Positions 18,649 to 28,154 of a DNA stretch of 64,000 nt are shown one piece after another (position 1 is the stretch's first letter; the number at the start of each line of letters is the position of its first letter). The translations under genes were made by a program, and so were the position numbers. This stretch comes from Candidatus Marinacidobacterium sp. (GTDB lineage Bacteria > Acidobacteriota > Vicinamibacteria > Marinacidobacterales > Marinacidobacteraceae), in NCBI GenBank assembly GCA_965220965.1, contig OZ244852.1, forward strand, positions 1,728,001 to 1,792,000, written 5' to 3'. A model generated the notes under the pieces. The model was not told the origin of the DNA. It saw only the letters and a program-made list of their open reading frames with translations, and did not search any database.

Positions 18649-19704
18649 GTGAGACTGCGCCGGGCCTGTGTCGTAATGCTCCTGGCCGCCCCGGCGGCCG
18701 GACAGGAACCGCTCCCTCCCGGGGAGCGCCTCTTCCACACCTTCTCCATCGCCGCCGTCGACCGCGAGACGGGCGAAGCGGGCGTCGGGGTGACGACGCG
18801 GAATCCCTGCGTCGGCAACGGCGTTCCCTGGGTTCGCGCCGGGGTGGGCGCGGTGGCGACCCAGGCGCGCACCCGGACCCAGTACGGGAAGGAGCTGCTC
18901 GACCTGCTGGCGGCGGGGATGACGCCCGAAGAGGCGCTGGCCGCGCGGCTCGCGGCGGACGATGGCGCCCGGTTCCGCCAGATCGGCGTCGTGGGGCTCA
19001 CCGGAGGCGCCGCGCAGCACACCGGGTCCGAGGCCAGCGGCTGGGCCGGCCACCGGTCCGGCCCCGACTACGCGGCGCAGGGGAACATCCTGGTGGGACC
19101 GGAGGTCGTGGACGCAGTGGCGGAAGACTTCGAAGCGACCCGCGGTACCGGACGCTCGCTCGCGGACCGGCTGGTGTCGGCGCTCGAGGCGGGGCAGGCC
19201 GCCGGAGGCGACATGCGCCGCGGCCGACGGCAGTCGGCGGCCGTTATGGTCGCCGACCCGCGCGAGGGCGGTTCGCGCCGGGACGACCGGATCTCGACGA
19301 ACCTCCAGGTCTGCGAACACCCCACCCCCATCGCGGAACTCCGCCGGGTCCATGACGCGGTCGCGGAGAAACTGGGCTACCGGACCCTCCAGATGTTCGC
19401 GGGGCGCGATGTGCTCCAGCTCCGCGCGCTCATCGAGGAGACCGGTTGCGCCGGGAGGGACTGGGACTCGGGAATCGGCGACCGGGAAGCGGCCGGGACG
19501 CTCCGCGTCTTCGACGCCTCGCTCGCGGGGGCGGTGGACGCCTGCCGGACCCGCTACGGGCTCTCGACTCCGAACCACGGCGGTTCGCCGCCGGGGCTCG
19601 CCGATGCGGAGTTCGTCGCGACGCTGTGGGAGCGGATCGAGGGCGAGGGACGGGGGGACGCGGTCCGCGCCCGGCTGGCGCCGCTGCTGCGCATCACCCG
19701 ATGA
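18649..19704 (+). CDS. DUF1028 family (Ntn-hydrolase-like) exported protein with C-terminal PG-binding-like domain
   Basis: HTFSIAAVD, VPWVRAGVGAVATQA, RQIGVV, QGNILVG, ALEAGQAAGGD.R..RQSAA, EHPTPIAEL. Confidence 0.85.
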   Translation: MRLRRACVVMLLAAPAAGQEPLPPGERLFHTFSIAAVDRETGEAGVGVTTRNPCVGNGVPWVRAGVGAVATQARTRTQYGKELLDLLAAGMTPEEALAARLAADDGARFRQIGVVGLTGGAAQHTGSEASGWAGHRSGPDYAAQGNILVGPEVVDAVAEDFEATRGTGRSLADRLVSALEAGQAAGGDMRRGRRQSAAVMVADPREGGSRRDDRISTNLQVCEHPTPIAELRRVHDAVAEKLGYRTLQMFAGRDVLQLRALIEETGCAGRDWDSGIGDREAAGTLRVFDASLAGAVDACRTRYGLSTPNHGGSPPGLADAEFVATLWERIEGEGRGDAVRARLAPLLRITR

Positions 19705-20807
19705 GTCCCGACGCCCAGCCCACCGCCGCCGGACGCCCGGTCCGGATCGACCTGCGGTCGGACACCGTGTCGCGCCCGACCGAGGCCATGCGGGCGGCGA
19801 TGGCCGCCGCCCCGGTAGGGGACGACGTGTACCGGGACGACCCCTCGGTGCGGCGCCTCGAGGAGCGGACCGCCGAGGTCCTCGGCAAGGAGGCGGCGGT
19901 CTTCACGCCCACCGGGACGATGAGCAACCAGATCGCGCTCCGCTGCCAGACCGAGCCCGGGGATCTGGTGCTCGCGGAGACGAATGCCCACGCCTACCTC
20001 GTGGAGTCCGGCGGACCCGCCGCGCTGTCGGGCGCCACCGTCGTGGGGCTCCCCGGACGCCGCGGAGCGTTCACCGCCGACCAGGTCCGGTCCGCGGTGC
20101 GGACGCCCCACCCGCTGGTTCCGGCGGCCTGCTACCCGGTTCCGCGCCTGGTCGCGGCCGAGAACACCCACAACGGCGCCGGGGGCGCCGTGTGGCCGCC
20201 CGGAGCGCTGCGGGAAACAGCCGAGACCGCGCGCGAACTCGGACTCGCGACCCACCTCGACGGGGCGCGGCTCTGGCACGCGACCGCCGCTACCGGGATC
20301 CTCGAGCGGGAGTGGGCCGCGCCGTTCGACACGGTGAGCGTCTGCTTCTCGAAGGCGCTGGGCGCGCCGATGGGGTCGTGCCTCGCCGGCGACCGGTCGA
20401 TCATCGAGCGCGCCCGGCGTTTCCGCCAGTTGTTCGGCGGGGGCTTCCGGCAGGCGGGGATCGTGGCGTCGGGGGCGCTCCACGCGCTCGAGAACCACCG
20501 CGAGCGGCTCCCGGAGGACCACCGGAGGGCCCGGCGGCTGGGCGAAGGCCTGGCCGAGCTTCCGGGAATCGTCGTGGATGTCGACGGGATCGAGACGAAC
20601 ATCGTGCGGTTCGGAACCGACGGGGTGAACGCCTTCCGGCTCGCGGAAGAGCTGCTGGACCGGGAAGTGGCGGTCCTTCCCGCGTCGGATTCGGCGATGC
20701 GGGTCATCCCGCACCTCCAGATCAGCGACGCCGACGTGGAGGACGCCCTCGCCGCCTTCGCCGAGTCTCTCGAGGTTCTGCTCGGAGCGAAGACCGGAGC
20801 GGCGTAG
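19701..20807 (+). CDS. ltaE: Low-specificity L-threonine aldolase family PLP enzyme
   Basis: IDLRSDTV, GDDVYRDDP, TGTMSNQ, ENTHN, HLDGARL, CFSKALGAP, GGG.RQAG. Confidence 0.9.
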   Translation: MSPDAQPTAAGRPVRIDLRSDTVSRPTEAMRAAMAAAPVGDDVYRDDPSVRRLEERTAEVLGKEAAVFTPTGTMSNQIALRCQTEPGDLVLAETNAHAYLVESGGPAALSGATVVGLPGRRGAFTADQVRSAVRTPHPLVPAACYPVPRLVAAENTHNGAGGAVWPPGALRETAETARELGLATHLDGARLWHATAATGILEREWAAPFDTVSVCFSKALGAPMGSCLAGDRSIIERARRFRQLFGGGFRQAGIVASGALHALENHRERLPEDHRRARRLGEGLAELPGIVVDVDGIETNIVRFGTDGVNAFRLAEELLDREVAVLPASDSAMRVIPHLQISDADVEDALAAFAESLEVLLGAKTGAA

Positions 20808-20837
20808 AAACCCGTCCGGGGGGGCCGGGGGCCCGGG

Positions 20838-22070
20838 TCAGGCGCCGGCCGGGCCCGCTTCCTCGCCCGCTTCCTCAAACGCCGCGCCGAGGCGCTCGAT
20901 GGCCTCGGGAATCCGGGCGAGCGGGACGTGGCTGAACGAGAGCCGCAGCGTCCGGCGGGCGAGCGGGATCCCCGGATCCGCGAAGAACGGACGGCCGGCG
21001 ACGAAGGCGACCCGGTGACGCTCGACCGCGCGCTCGAGCAGCGCCTCGGTGTCGGTATCGGTCTCGATCCAGAGGAAGAAGCCGCCATCGGGACGCACCG
21101 CCGGGCTCCCGCCGGGGAACCCGGCGAGCGCGGAGAGCATCGCGTCGCGCTTCGTCCGGTAGAGGTCGCGCGACCGGTCGACCTGGCGGTCGAGCGCCCC
21201 GGACTCGGCGTAGGCGAGCGCGAGGCGCTGGACCAGCGCTCCGGAGCACTGGTCGGAGCCGAGCTTGAGCAGCCCGAAGCGGGCCACCAGTTCGGGATCC
21301 GCGACGACCCAGCCGAGGCGGAGCCCGGGACCGAAGATCTTGGAGAAGGTGTGGACGAAGACGACGCGGTCCGGCGCCAGGGCCTTCAGCGCCGGAACGC
21401 GGGGGCCGCCGTAGCGGAGTTCGGCGTAGGCGTGGTCCTCGATCACCAGAACGTCCCGGCGTTCGCAGACCTCGAGGACCTGCTCGCGGCGGCGGGCCGT
21501 CCAGGTTCGGCCGGTGGGGTTCGAGTAGGTGGGGTTGGCGTAAAGCACCTTCGGCGCGGTCCCCTCGGCGGCGAGGCGACCGACGGCTTCATCGAGGGCC
21601 TCGGGGATCAGCCCGTCGCGATCACTCGTCACCGCGACCGGCCGGAGGCCGAGTTCCCGGGCGATGTGGAGGGTCGCCAGGTACGTGGGGTCCTCCACCA
21701 GCAGCGGGTCCCCGGGATCACAGAGCGCGTTCAGCGCGTGGCGGATCCCCTCGACCCCGCCGCTGACGACGAGCACCTCGTCGGGACGCGCCTCGACCGA
21801 CTCGAGCCGGGCGGTGCGGTCGGCGAGGAACTCGCGGAGCGCGGTGACGCCGGGGTTCGGGGAGTAGTTCAGCGCCTCCGGGGCGTGTTCGGCGAGCACC
21901 CGCGACATCGCCTCGCGGGTCGCCTCCACCTGGAACACCCCGGGGTCGGGAAGGCCGCCGGCGAGCGAGATGACCCCCGGGCGCTCGGCGAGGCGCAGGA
22001 TGCGGACGACCGCGTCCTCGCCGGCGATGCGATCGGCGGCGCGGGAGAACGCCGGACGTGATGCGCTCAT
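20838..22070 (-). CDS. PLP-dependent aminotransferase class I/II (LysN/ARO8-like)
   Basis: ISLAGGLPD, EDPTY, NPTG, IEDHAY, TFSKIFGPGLRLGW, GGFFLW, LRLSFS. Confidence 0.9.
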   Translation of the reverse strand: MSASRPAFSRAADRIAGEDAVVRILRLAERPGVISLAGGLPDPGVFQVEATREAMSRVLAEHAPEALNYSPNPGVTALREFLADRTARLESVEARPDEVLVVSGGVEGIRHALNALCDPGDPLLVEDPTYLATLHIARELGLRPVAVTSDRDGLIPEALDEAVGRLAAEGTAPKVLYANPTYSNPTGRTWTARRREQVLEVCERRDVLVIEDHAYAELRYGGPRVPALKALAPDRVVFVHTFSKIFGPGLRLGWVVADPELVARFGLLKLGSDQCSGALVQRLALAYAESGALDRQVDRSRDLYRTKRDAMLSALAGFPGGSPAVRPDGGFFLWIETDTDTEALLERAVERHRVAFVAGRPFFADPGIPLARRTLRLSFSHVPLARIPEAIERLGAAFEEAGEEAGPAGA

Positions 22071-22621
22071 CGGGCCGCGCTCCGGGCCGCCATCACCAGC
22101 GCCTTGAGCGCCTCCACGGTTTCGGGGACCTCGCGATTCACCACGACGTGGTCGTAGGCCGCGGCGCGCGGGATTTCGGCGCGGGCCGTCGAGAGCCGGC
22201 GCCGGACCTCCTCGCCCGACTCGCGGCCCCGGCCGGCGAGGCGCGCCTCGAGGTCCGAAAACCCCGGCGGGGCGATGAAGATGGTGACCGCGTCAGGGAT
22301 CTCGCGCCGCAGCGCCTCGGCCCCCTGGACATCGACCTCGATGAGCAGGTCCCCGTCGTCGGCGGCGAGCGCGGCGCGGGATGTGCCGTAGCGGTATCCG
22401 TGGACCATCGCCCACTCTACGAAGGCGCCCCGGGCGATCAGCGCCCGGAACTCCTCCTCCGGGACGAAGTGGTAGTCCCGGCCGTCCTGCTCTCCCTTCC
22501 GGATGGGCCGGGTGGTGTGGGAGATCACGAACGCCAGGTCCGGAACCTCCGCGACCAGCCGCCGCAGGAGCGTCGACTTGCCGACCCCGGAGGGACCGGA
22601 GACGACGAAGAGCCGGGCCAC
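22067..22621 (-). CDS. gmk: Guanylate kinase
   Basis: SGPSGVGKST P-loop, SHTTRPIRKGEQDGRDYHFV, YGT, EVDVQGA, FIAPP. Confidence 0.96.
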   Translation of the reverse strand: MARLFVVSGPSGVGKSTLLRRLVAEVPDLAFVISHTTRPIRKGEQDGRDYHFVPEEEFRALIARGAFVEWAMVHGYRYGTSRAALAADDGDLLIEVDVQGAEALRREIPDAVTIFIAPPGFSDLEARLAGRGRESGEEVRRRLSTARAEIPRAAAYDHVVVNREVPETVEALKALVMAARSAAR

Positions 22622-22644
22622 CGCCGCTCAGCGAGTCGAAGAGG

Positions 22645-25600
22645 TCACGGCGAGGGAACGACCTCGAGGGCGAGGAGCGCGGTTTCGTCCTCCACCGTGA
22701 TCTGACGCCTCGGAATGCGGTCGGAAAGGTCGGGTCCCGCCGGCCCCAGGGCGACGGCGAGCGTCTCGGCCCGGAAGTGCGGTTCGCGGGCGGCGGCGAG
22801 CGCGAGGAGCGAGTCGGCGCCGCTGCCGCCGTCGAGGAACACCCGCACCCGGGCGGTGTAGGGGAGGTCCAGGTCCTTCCGGAACGACTGGACGCGGTTC
22901 AGGAGCTCGCGGTACCGCCCTTCCTCGAGCAGCTCCGGAGTGAGCCGGGTGTCGAGACTCACCGCGACACGCCCGCCCGCGCCGGTGGCGCGGCGCCCGG
23001 CGTCCTCCTTCGGCGTGCGGGTCTCGACGATCAGGTCGTCCGGATCGAGTCGGACCACGGCGCCGGAGAGCTCGAGATCGAGCCGGCCGTCATCCCGCAG
23101 CCGGTCGCGGACTTCGCGGGCGGGAAGCGCCCCGAGCGCCTGCTGGACTTCCCGCATCCGCCTGCCGAGCCTCGGGCCCAGGCGGCGGAAGTCCGGCTTC
23201 ACGACCACTTCGAGCGCGGCCTCGGGATCATCGGAGAAGCGGATCCCGCCGACGTTCAGCTCGTCGGCGAGGAGGTCGCGATGGGAGTCGAGCCGCTCCC
23301 GGAGCGCCGCGTCGGCCACCGAGACTTCGGCGGCGGCGAGCGGCTGCCGGACCCGGATCCCCTGCTCCTTGCGGAGGCGCAGCCCGAGCGACGCCACCTC
23401 GCGCACCAGCGCCATCTCCTCGTTCAGCCGGGCGTCGAGCGGGAAGACCGGCTCGGGCCAGTCGGTGAGGTGGACGCTCTCCGGCTCGGCGTCGCCGAAC
23501 GGTCGCACCACCAGATTGCGGTGGATCTCTTCCGCGAGGAAGGGCGTCAGCGGAGCGGCGAGCCGGGAAAGCCGGACGAGGGTGTCGTAGAGCGTCCGGT
23601 AAGCGTCGGCGGTCTCCACCGGGTCGTCGCCTCCCCAGAAGCGGCGGCGGCTCCGCCGCACCCACCAGTTCGAGAGCGACTCGGCGAAACCCGAGAGCGA
23701 ACGCGCCGCCTCGAAGCCGCGGAGCGACTCGAGGTGGCCGGTGATCTCGACGGTGGTCTCCTCGAGATGCGAGAGGATCCAGCGATCGAGGGGAGAGCGC
23801 GCCTCCGGCGGCCGCGCCTCGTCGTTCGAGGGGTCGAAACCGTCGATCGCGGCGTAGATCGTGAAGAACTGGTAGGTGTTCCGCAGCTTCAGGGGGAACT
23901 CGCGGGCGGCCTGGCGGACATTGGCGAGCGAGTGCCGCTTGTTCGCCCAGGGCGCCGCACCGGCGAGCAGCGACCACCGGAAGGCGTCGGCGCCGGCCTC
24001 GCGGAGCGTCTCCTCCGGCGGGGTGTAGTTCCCTCGGGACTTCGACTCCTTGCGGCCCTGGGGGTCGGTCACGTGGCCGAGCACCAGGCAGGAGCGGTAG
24101 GGGTGGGGATAGTCGGGGACCGGGATCCCGAGCCGCGAACAGGTGTCCTCGTCGAAGAGGAGCGTCGAGATCATGAGCAGCGAGTAGAACCAGCCGCGCG
24201 TCTGGTCGATCGCCTCGGTGATGTAGTCGGCCGGGAAGGTCTCGAGGAACCGCTCGCGGTTTTGGTGCGGAAAGCCCCACTCGGCGAACGGCATGGCGCC
24301 GGAGTCGAACCAGCAGTCGATGACCTCGGGGACCCGCCGGTAGGTTCCGGGCTCGCCCGGGTTCCGCCAGGTGACGTGGTCGACCCAGGGCTTGTGGACC
24401 ATCAGGTCGGGATCGAGTTCGGGGCGGCGCTCCTTTTCTTCCCGAAACGCCGCGAAGGCCTCGGGGTTCTTCGCTTCGATCTCGGCCACCGAGGCCGGCA
24501 TCTCGATCCGGCCGGTCTCGTCGTTCACCCAGACGTTCAGCGGGGTGCCCCAGAAGCGCTCGCGCGACAGCGCCCAGTCCACGTTGTTCCGCAGGAAGTC
24601 GCCGAACCGGCCCTCGCGGATGTGGTCGGGGAGCCAGTGGACGGCGTTGCTGTTCCGGAGCGCCGCGTCCTTCCGGCGCGTCGTGCGGATGAACCAGGCG
24701 GGGCGGGCGTACTGGATCAGCGCGTCCTCGTCGGCGCGCCAGCAGAAGGGGTATTCGTGGCGGAACGTCGCGTCGTGGAGGAGCCGTCCCTCCTCGCGCA
24801 GCCGGCGGATGATCCGCCCGTCGGCGTCCTTGACCCACGTCCCCTCGAGCCAGGCCGCCTCGGAGGTGAACCGCCCGTCGGGGCCGACCGCGCACGGGAG
24901 CGGGATCTCCGCCTCGTTCTCGTAGGCGGCGACCGTCGCGCGGTGGAGGTCGTGGTCCACTTCGCCGAAGGCCGGCGCCTCGTGCACCAGCCCGGTTCCC
25001 TGGTCGAGCTCCACGAACGGAGCGGCGAGCACCCGCCAGAACGCGGGGATCCGGGACCCATCCGGGAGGCGTCCCTCGAGGTCGCTCCAGGTCTTCCAGT
25101 AGTCGTCGAACGGCGGCCGGTAGCGGCGTCCCACGAGTTCCTCTCCGGCGAACCTGCGGAGGACTCTCAGGGGGCGGCCGATTTCGGCGGCGACCGCCTC
25201 GCGCCGCTCGGCGGCGACCACCAGGCGGCGCGCCGGGCCATCTTCGGGACGGTCCTCGACCTCCTCGTAGCGGGCGCCCGGGCGGACCGCGGCGTAGAGG
25301 TTCGAGGGCAGCGTCCAGGGCGTCGTGGTCCAGACGAGCAGCGAGAGCCCCGGGTCGTCCACCAGCGGCAGCGTCACGTAGACGGCGGGGTCATCGACTT
25401 CGCGGTAGCCGAGCCCGACCTCGGCGGAGGACAGCGCGGTGCCGCCCTGGGCCCACCACCAGACGACCTTCTCGCCCCGGTAGAGGAGCCCCTTGCGGTG
25501 GAGCTCGGAGAGCGCCCACCAGACGCTCTCCACGTAGGCGCGGCGGTAGGTGACGTAGGCGCCGTCGAGGTCCACCCAGTGTCCGATGCGCGAGGTCATC

Positions 25601-26004
25601 TCCTCCCAGTCGCGGATGTACCGGAAGACGCTCGCCATGCAGCGCTCGACGAAGGGCCCGACGCCGTACGCCTCGATCCCCGCGCGGCCGTGGATCCCGA
25701 GCTCCTTCTCGACCTCGACCTCGACCGGAAGGCCGTGCGTGTCCCAGCCGGCGATCCGTTCGGCGTAGCGGCCGCGCATCGTCTGGAAGCGCGGGAAGAT
25801 GTCCTTGAACACCCGGGTCAGGACATGGCCGTTGTGGGGCCGCCCGTTGGCCGTCGGAGGGCCATCGCGCCAGACCCAGGGCCTGGCGCCCTTGCGGCGC
25901 TCGACCGAGCGCTCGAAGACCCGGCGCTCGCGCCAGAAGGCGGCGATCTCGGCCTCGGCGGCCGTCACCTCGGCGACGGGGCGGGCGGGCAGGAACAGGG
26001 ACAC
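22645..26004 (-). CDS. ileS: Isoleucine--tRNA ligase, type 2 (IleRS2)
   Basis: DGPPTANG.PHNGH, GWDTHGLPVE, WTTTPWTLPSN, GTGLVHEAPAFG, DWALSRERFWGTP, EAIDQTRGWFYSL, KESKS. IleRS2-type C-terminus without zinc finger. GTG at 26004 chosen because 26085 overlaps tRNA-Glu. Confidence 0.95.
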   Translation of the reverse strand: MSLFLPARPVAEVTAAEAEIAAFWRERRVFERSVERRKGARPWVWRDGPPTANGRPHNGHVLTRVFKDIFPRFQTMRGRYAERIAGWDTHGLPVEVEVEKELGIHGRAGIEAYGVGPFVERCMASVFRYIRDWEEMTSRIGHWVDLDGAYVTYRRAYVESVWWALSELHRKGLLYRGEKVVWWWAQGGTALSSAEVGLGYREVDDPAVYVTLPLVDDPGLSLLVWTTTPWTLPSNLYAAVRPGARYEEVEDRPEDGPARRLVVAAERREAVAAEIGRPLRVLRRFAGEELVGRRYRPPFDDYWKTWSDLEGRLPDGSRIPAFWRVLAAPFVELDQGTGLVHEAPAFGEVDHDLHRATVAAYENEAEIPLPCAVGPDGRFTSEAAWLEGTWVKDADGRIIRRLREEGRLLHDATFRHEYPFCWRADEDALIQYARPAWFIRTTRRKDAALRNSNAVHWLPDHIREGRFGDFLRNNVDWALSRERFWGTPLNVWVNDETGRIEMPASVAEIEAKNPEAFAAFREEKERRPELDPDLMVHKPWVDHVTWRNPGEPGTYRRVPEVIDCWFDSGAMPFAEWGFPHQNRERFLETFPADYITEAIDQTRGWFYSLLMISTLLFDEDTCSRLGIPVPDYPHPYRSCLVLGHVTDPQGRKESKSRGNYTPPEETLREAGADAFRWSLLAGAAPWANKRHSLANVRQAAREFPLKLRNTYQFFTIYAAIDGFDPSNDEARPPEARSPLDRWILSHLEETTVEITGHLESLRGFEAARSLSGFAESLSNWWVRRSRRRFWGGDDPVETADAYRTLYDTLVRLSRLAAPLTPFLAEEIHRNLVVRPFGDAEPESVHLTDWPEPVFPLDARLNEEMALVREVASLGLRLRKEQGIRVRQPLAAAEVSVADAALRERLDSHRDLLADELNVGGIRFSDDPEAALEVVVKPDFRRLGPRLGRRMREVQQALGALPAREVRDRLRDDGRLDLELSGAVVRLDPDDLIVETRTPKEDAGRRATGAGGRVAVSLDTRLTPELLEEGRYRELLNRVQSFRKDLDLPYTARVRVFLDGGSGADSLLALAAAREPHFRAETLAVALGPAGPDLSDRIPRRQITVEDETALLALEVVPSP

Positions 26005-26076
26005 GGCGATCAGGCGACGACAGGCGGGAACCGCAACGGCCGGCGGGCCTCCGCAGCGACGCGCCTCGAGGGCTCG

Positions 26077-26149
26077 CGTCCCCAACGGGACTCGAACCCG
26101 TGTTTTCGCCGTGAAAGGGCGACGTCCTGGGCCACTAGACGATGGGGAC
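26077..26149 (-). tRNA. tRNA-Glu(TTC), CCA not encoded
   Basis: GTCCCCATCGTCTAGTGGCCCAGGACGTCGCCC-TTTC-ACGGCGA...GGTTCGAGTCC..TGGGGACG cloverleaf. Confidence 0.95.
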
Positions 26150-26155
26150 CCGAAT

Positions 26156-26231
26156 TGGTAGGCCGTGCAGGCATCGAACCTGCGACATCTCGCTTAAAAG
26201 GCGAGCGCTCTGCCAACTGAGCTAACGGCCC
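26156..26231 (-). tRNA. tRNA-Lys(TTT), CCA encoded
   Basis: GGGCCGTTAGCTCAGTTGGCAGAGCGCTCGCCTTTTAAGCGAGATGTCGCAGGTTCGATGCCTGCACGGCCTACCA. Confidence 0.95.
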
Positions 26232-26298
26232 GAGCGAGGAGGGGAACCGGGAATGGTAGCAGTGAAAGAGCGCGCCGGCGGCCCCCTTGCAGGGGCCG

Positions 26299-27609
26299 TC
26301 AGGCCTCCTCGGTGAGCGCGGTCACCGGAGTCCTCAGGCGGGCGAAACAGGAGGCGCGTTCGGGGCCGGTTCCGGCCAGGGAGACCGGGACCTGGACGAG
26401 TTCCTCGAGCGCGTCGAGGTAGGCGCGGGCCTCCTCCGGGAGGTCTTCGAGCCGGGTCACGCCCGCGGTGGGGCGGGACCAGCCGGGGAGGGTGCGGTAC
26501 TCGGGCTGACAACGGGAGAGCGCCCCGAAAGCGCCCGGAAACTCGTCCACCGGTTCGCCGTCGAGGCGGTAGCGGACGCCGACCTTGACCTCGTCGAGGC
26601 CGTCGAGGACATCCAGCTTGGTGATCGCCAGCTCGTCCAGTCCGTTGACCCGCCGGGCGTAGCGAAGCACCACGCTGTCGAACCAGGCGCAGCGCCGGGG
26701 CCGGCCGGTGGAGGCCCCGTATTCGTTGCCCTTCTGCTGGATGTGGCGGTTCATGTCCGGCGCCATCTCGGTGGGCATCGGGCCCTCGCCGACGCGGGTC
26801 TGGTACGCCTTGGCGACGCCCAGCACCCGGCTCACCGCGCGGGGTCCGACGCCGGCGCCCACCGCGGCCCCGGCGGCGACCGCAGTCGACGAGGTCACGA
26901 AGGGGTAGGTGCCGTGGTCCAGATCGAGGAGCGTCGCCTGGGCGCCCTCGAAGAGCACGGAGTGGCCCGCTTCCAGGGCGTCATGGACGAGGAGCGAGGT
27001 GTCGGCGATCCGCGGACCCAGCCGCGCCGTCAGGCCATCCAGAAGCTCCCGCGCCGCCGCCGTCTCCTCCTGGCGCCGTTCCTCGCTCCAGCCAAGCTCA
27101 CGCCCGCGCTCGGCCATCAGATGGTCGAGACGCCCGTCGCGGTAGTCCGGGTGGCGGAGGTCCCCGATCCGCAGTCCGCGGCGGCCCGCCTTGTCCTCGT
27201 AGGCCGGTCCGATTCCGCGGCGCGTCGTTCCGATCCGGTGGCTTCCCAGCCGGGTCTCCTCTCCGGCTTCGGCGTGGCGATGGACCGGAAGGATGATGTG
27301 GGCGCGGTCCGAGACCAGCAGGTTGGCGGCCGGGTCGAGGCCCGACTCCTCGAGCAGGTCCAGCTCGTGGAAGAGCGCGACCGGATCCACGACGCAGCCG
27401 TTGCCGATGACGGCGCGGACGCCTGGATGGAGGACCGCCGAGGGAAGCAGATGGAGGACGTGGGTGCGCCCTCCCACGACCACGGTGTGGCCGGCGTTGT
27501 GCCCGCCGCCGTAACGCACCACCATGTGGAACCGGGGGGCGAGGAGGTCGACGAACTTCCCCTTCCCTTCGTCGCCCCACTGCGTCCCGACGACCGCCAG
27601 ACCGGACAT
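26299..27609 (-). CDS. purA: Adenylosuccinate synthetase
   Basis: GTQWGDEGKGK, GGHNAGHT, GTTRRGIGPAY, FEGAQ, GTYPFVTSS, TGRPRRCAW, TKLDVLD. ATG at 27609. Confidence 0.97.
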   Translation of the reverse strand: MSGLAVVGTQWGDEGKGKFVDLLAPRFHMVVRYGGGHNAGHTVVVGGRTHVLHLLPSAVLHPGVRAVIGNGCVVDPVALFHELDLLEESGLDPAANLLVSDRAHIILPVHRHAEAGEETRLGSHRIGTTRRGIGPAYEDKAGRRGLRIGDLRHPDYRDGRLDHLMAERGRELGWSEERRQEETAAARELLDGLTARLGPRIADTSLLVHDALEAGHSVLFEGAQATLLDLDHGTYPFVTSSTAVAAGAAVGAGVGPRAVSRVLGVAKAYQTRVGEGPMPTEMAPDMNRHIQQKGNEYGASTGRPRRCAWFDSVVLRYARRVNGLDELAITKLDVLDGLDEVKVGVRYRLDGEPVDEFPGAFGALSRCQPEYRTLPGWSRPTAGVTRLEDLPEEARAYLDALEELVQVPVSLAGTGPERASCFARLRTPVTALTEEA

Positions 27610-27635
27610 CGGAGCCCCCCGCGGCCTGCCGGAGG

Positions 27636-28154
27636 CTATTCGCCGAGGCCGAGGAGTCTGCGGACTTCCGCTTCGAGGCGGTCCGGAGTCCGGTTGGGGT
27701 TGAACCCGAGGTGCTGGGTCCGGACGATCCCCTCGCGATCGGCGATGTAGGTCGTGGGCATGGCGAAGATCCGGAAGGCCTCGTCGGCGCGAAGCGTGGA
27801 GATGAGGTTCAGGTAGCTGACCCCGCGCTCGTCGAGGAACTCGCGGATCTCGTCCGTGGGCGGAACCTGGTCGTCCACGTGGAGACCGATCACCACCAGA
27901 CCGTCGTCGCGATAGCGGTCCTCGAGTTCCTGGAAGAACGGGAGCGAGAGCTCGCAGGGACCGCACCAGACCGCCCAGAAGTCGTAGACGACAACTTTCC
28001 CCGGAAAGCCGCGCAGGGACACTTCGTTCCCTTCCAGATCCGGGAGGGCGAGGTCGGGCGCCGGCTCCTCGAGGACGCCCCGCTGGGCGGCGGCGGGCGC
28101 CGCGAGCGCGACGGCGGCGATCAGGACGGCCGGGACGAGAGCGATCTTCATCAT
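27636..28154 (-). CDS. TlpA/ResA-family thiol-disulfide oxidoreductase, exported
   Basis: Signal peptide, APD..L.DL.G, DFWAVWCGPC, MPTTYIADREG. Overlaps trxB stop. Confidence 0.9.
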   Translation of the reverse strand: MMKIALVPAVLIAAVALAAPAAAQRGVLEEPAPDLALPDLEGNEVSLRGFPGKVVVYDFWAVWCGPCELSLPFFQELEDRYRDDGLVVIGLHVDDQVPPTDEIREFLDERGVSYLNLISTLRADEAFRIFAMPTTYIADREGIVRTQHLGFNPNRTPDRLEAEVRRLLGLGE

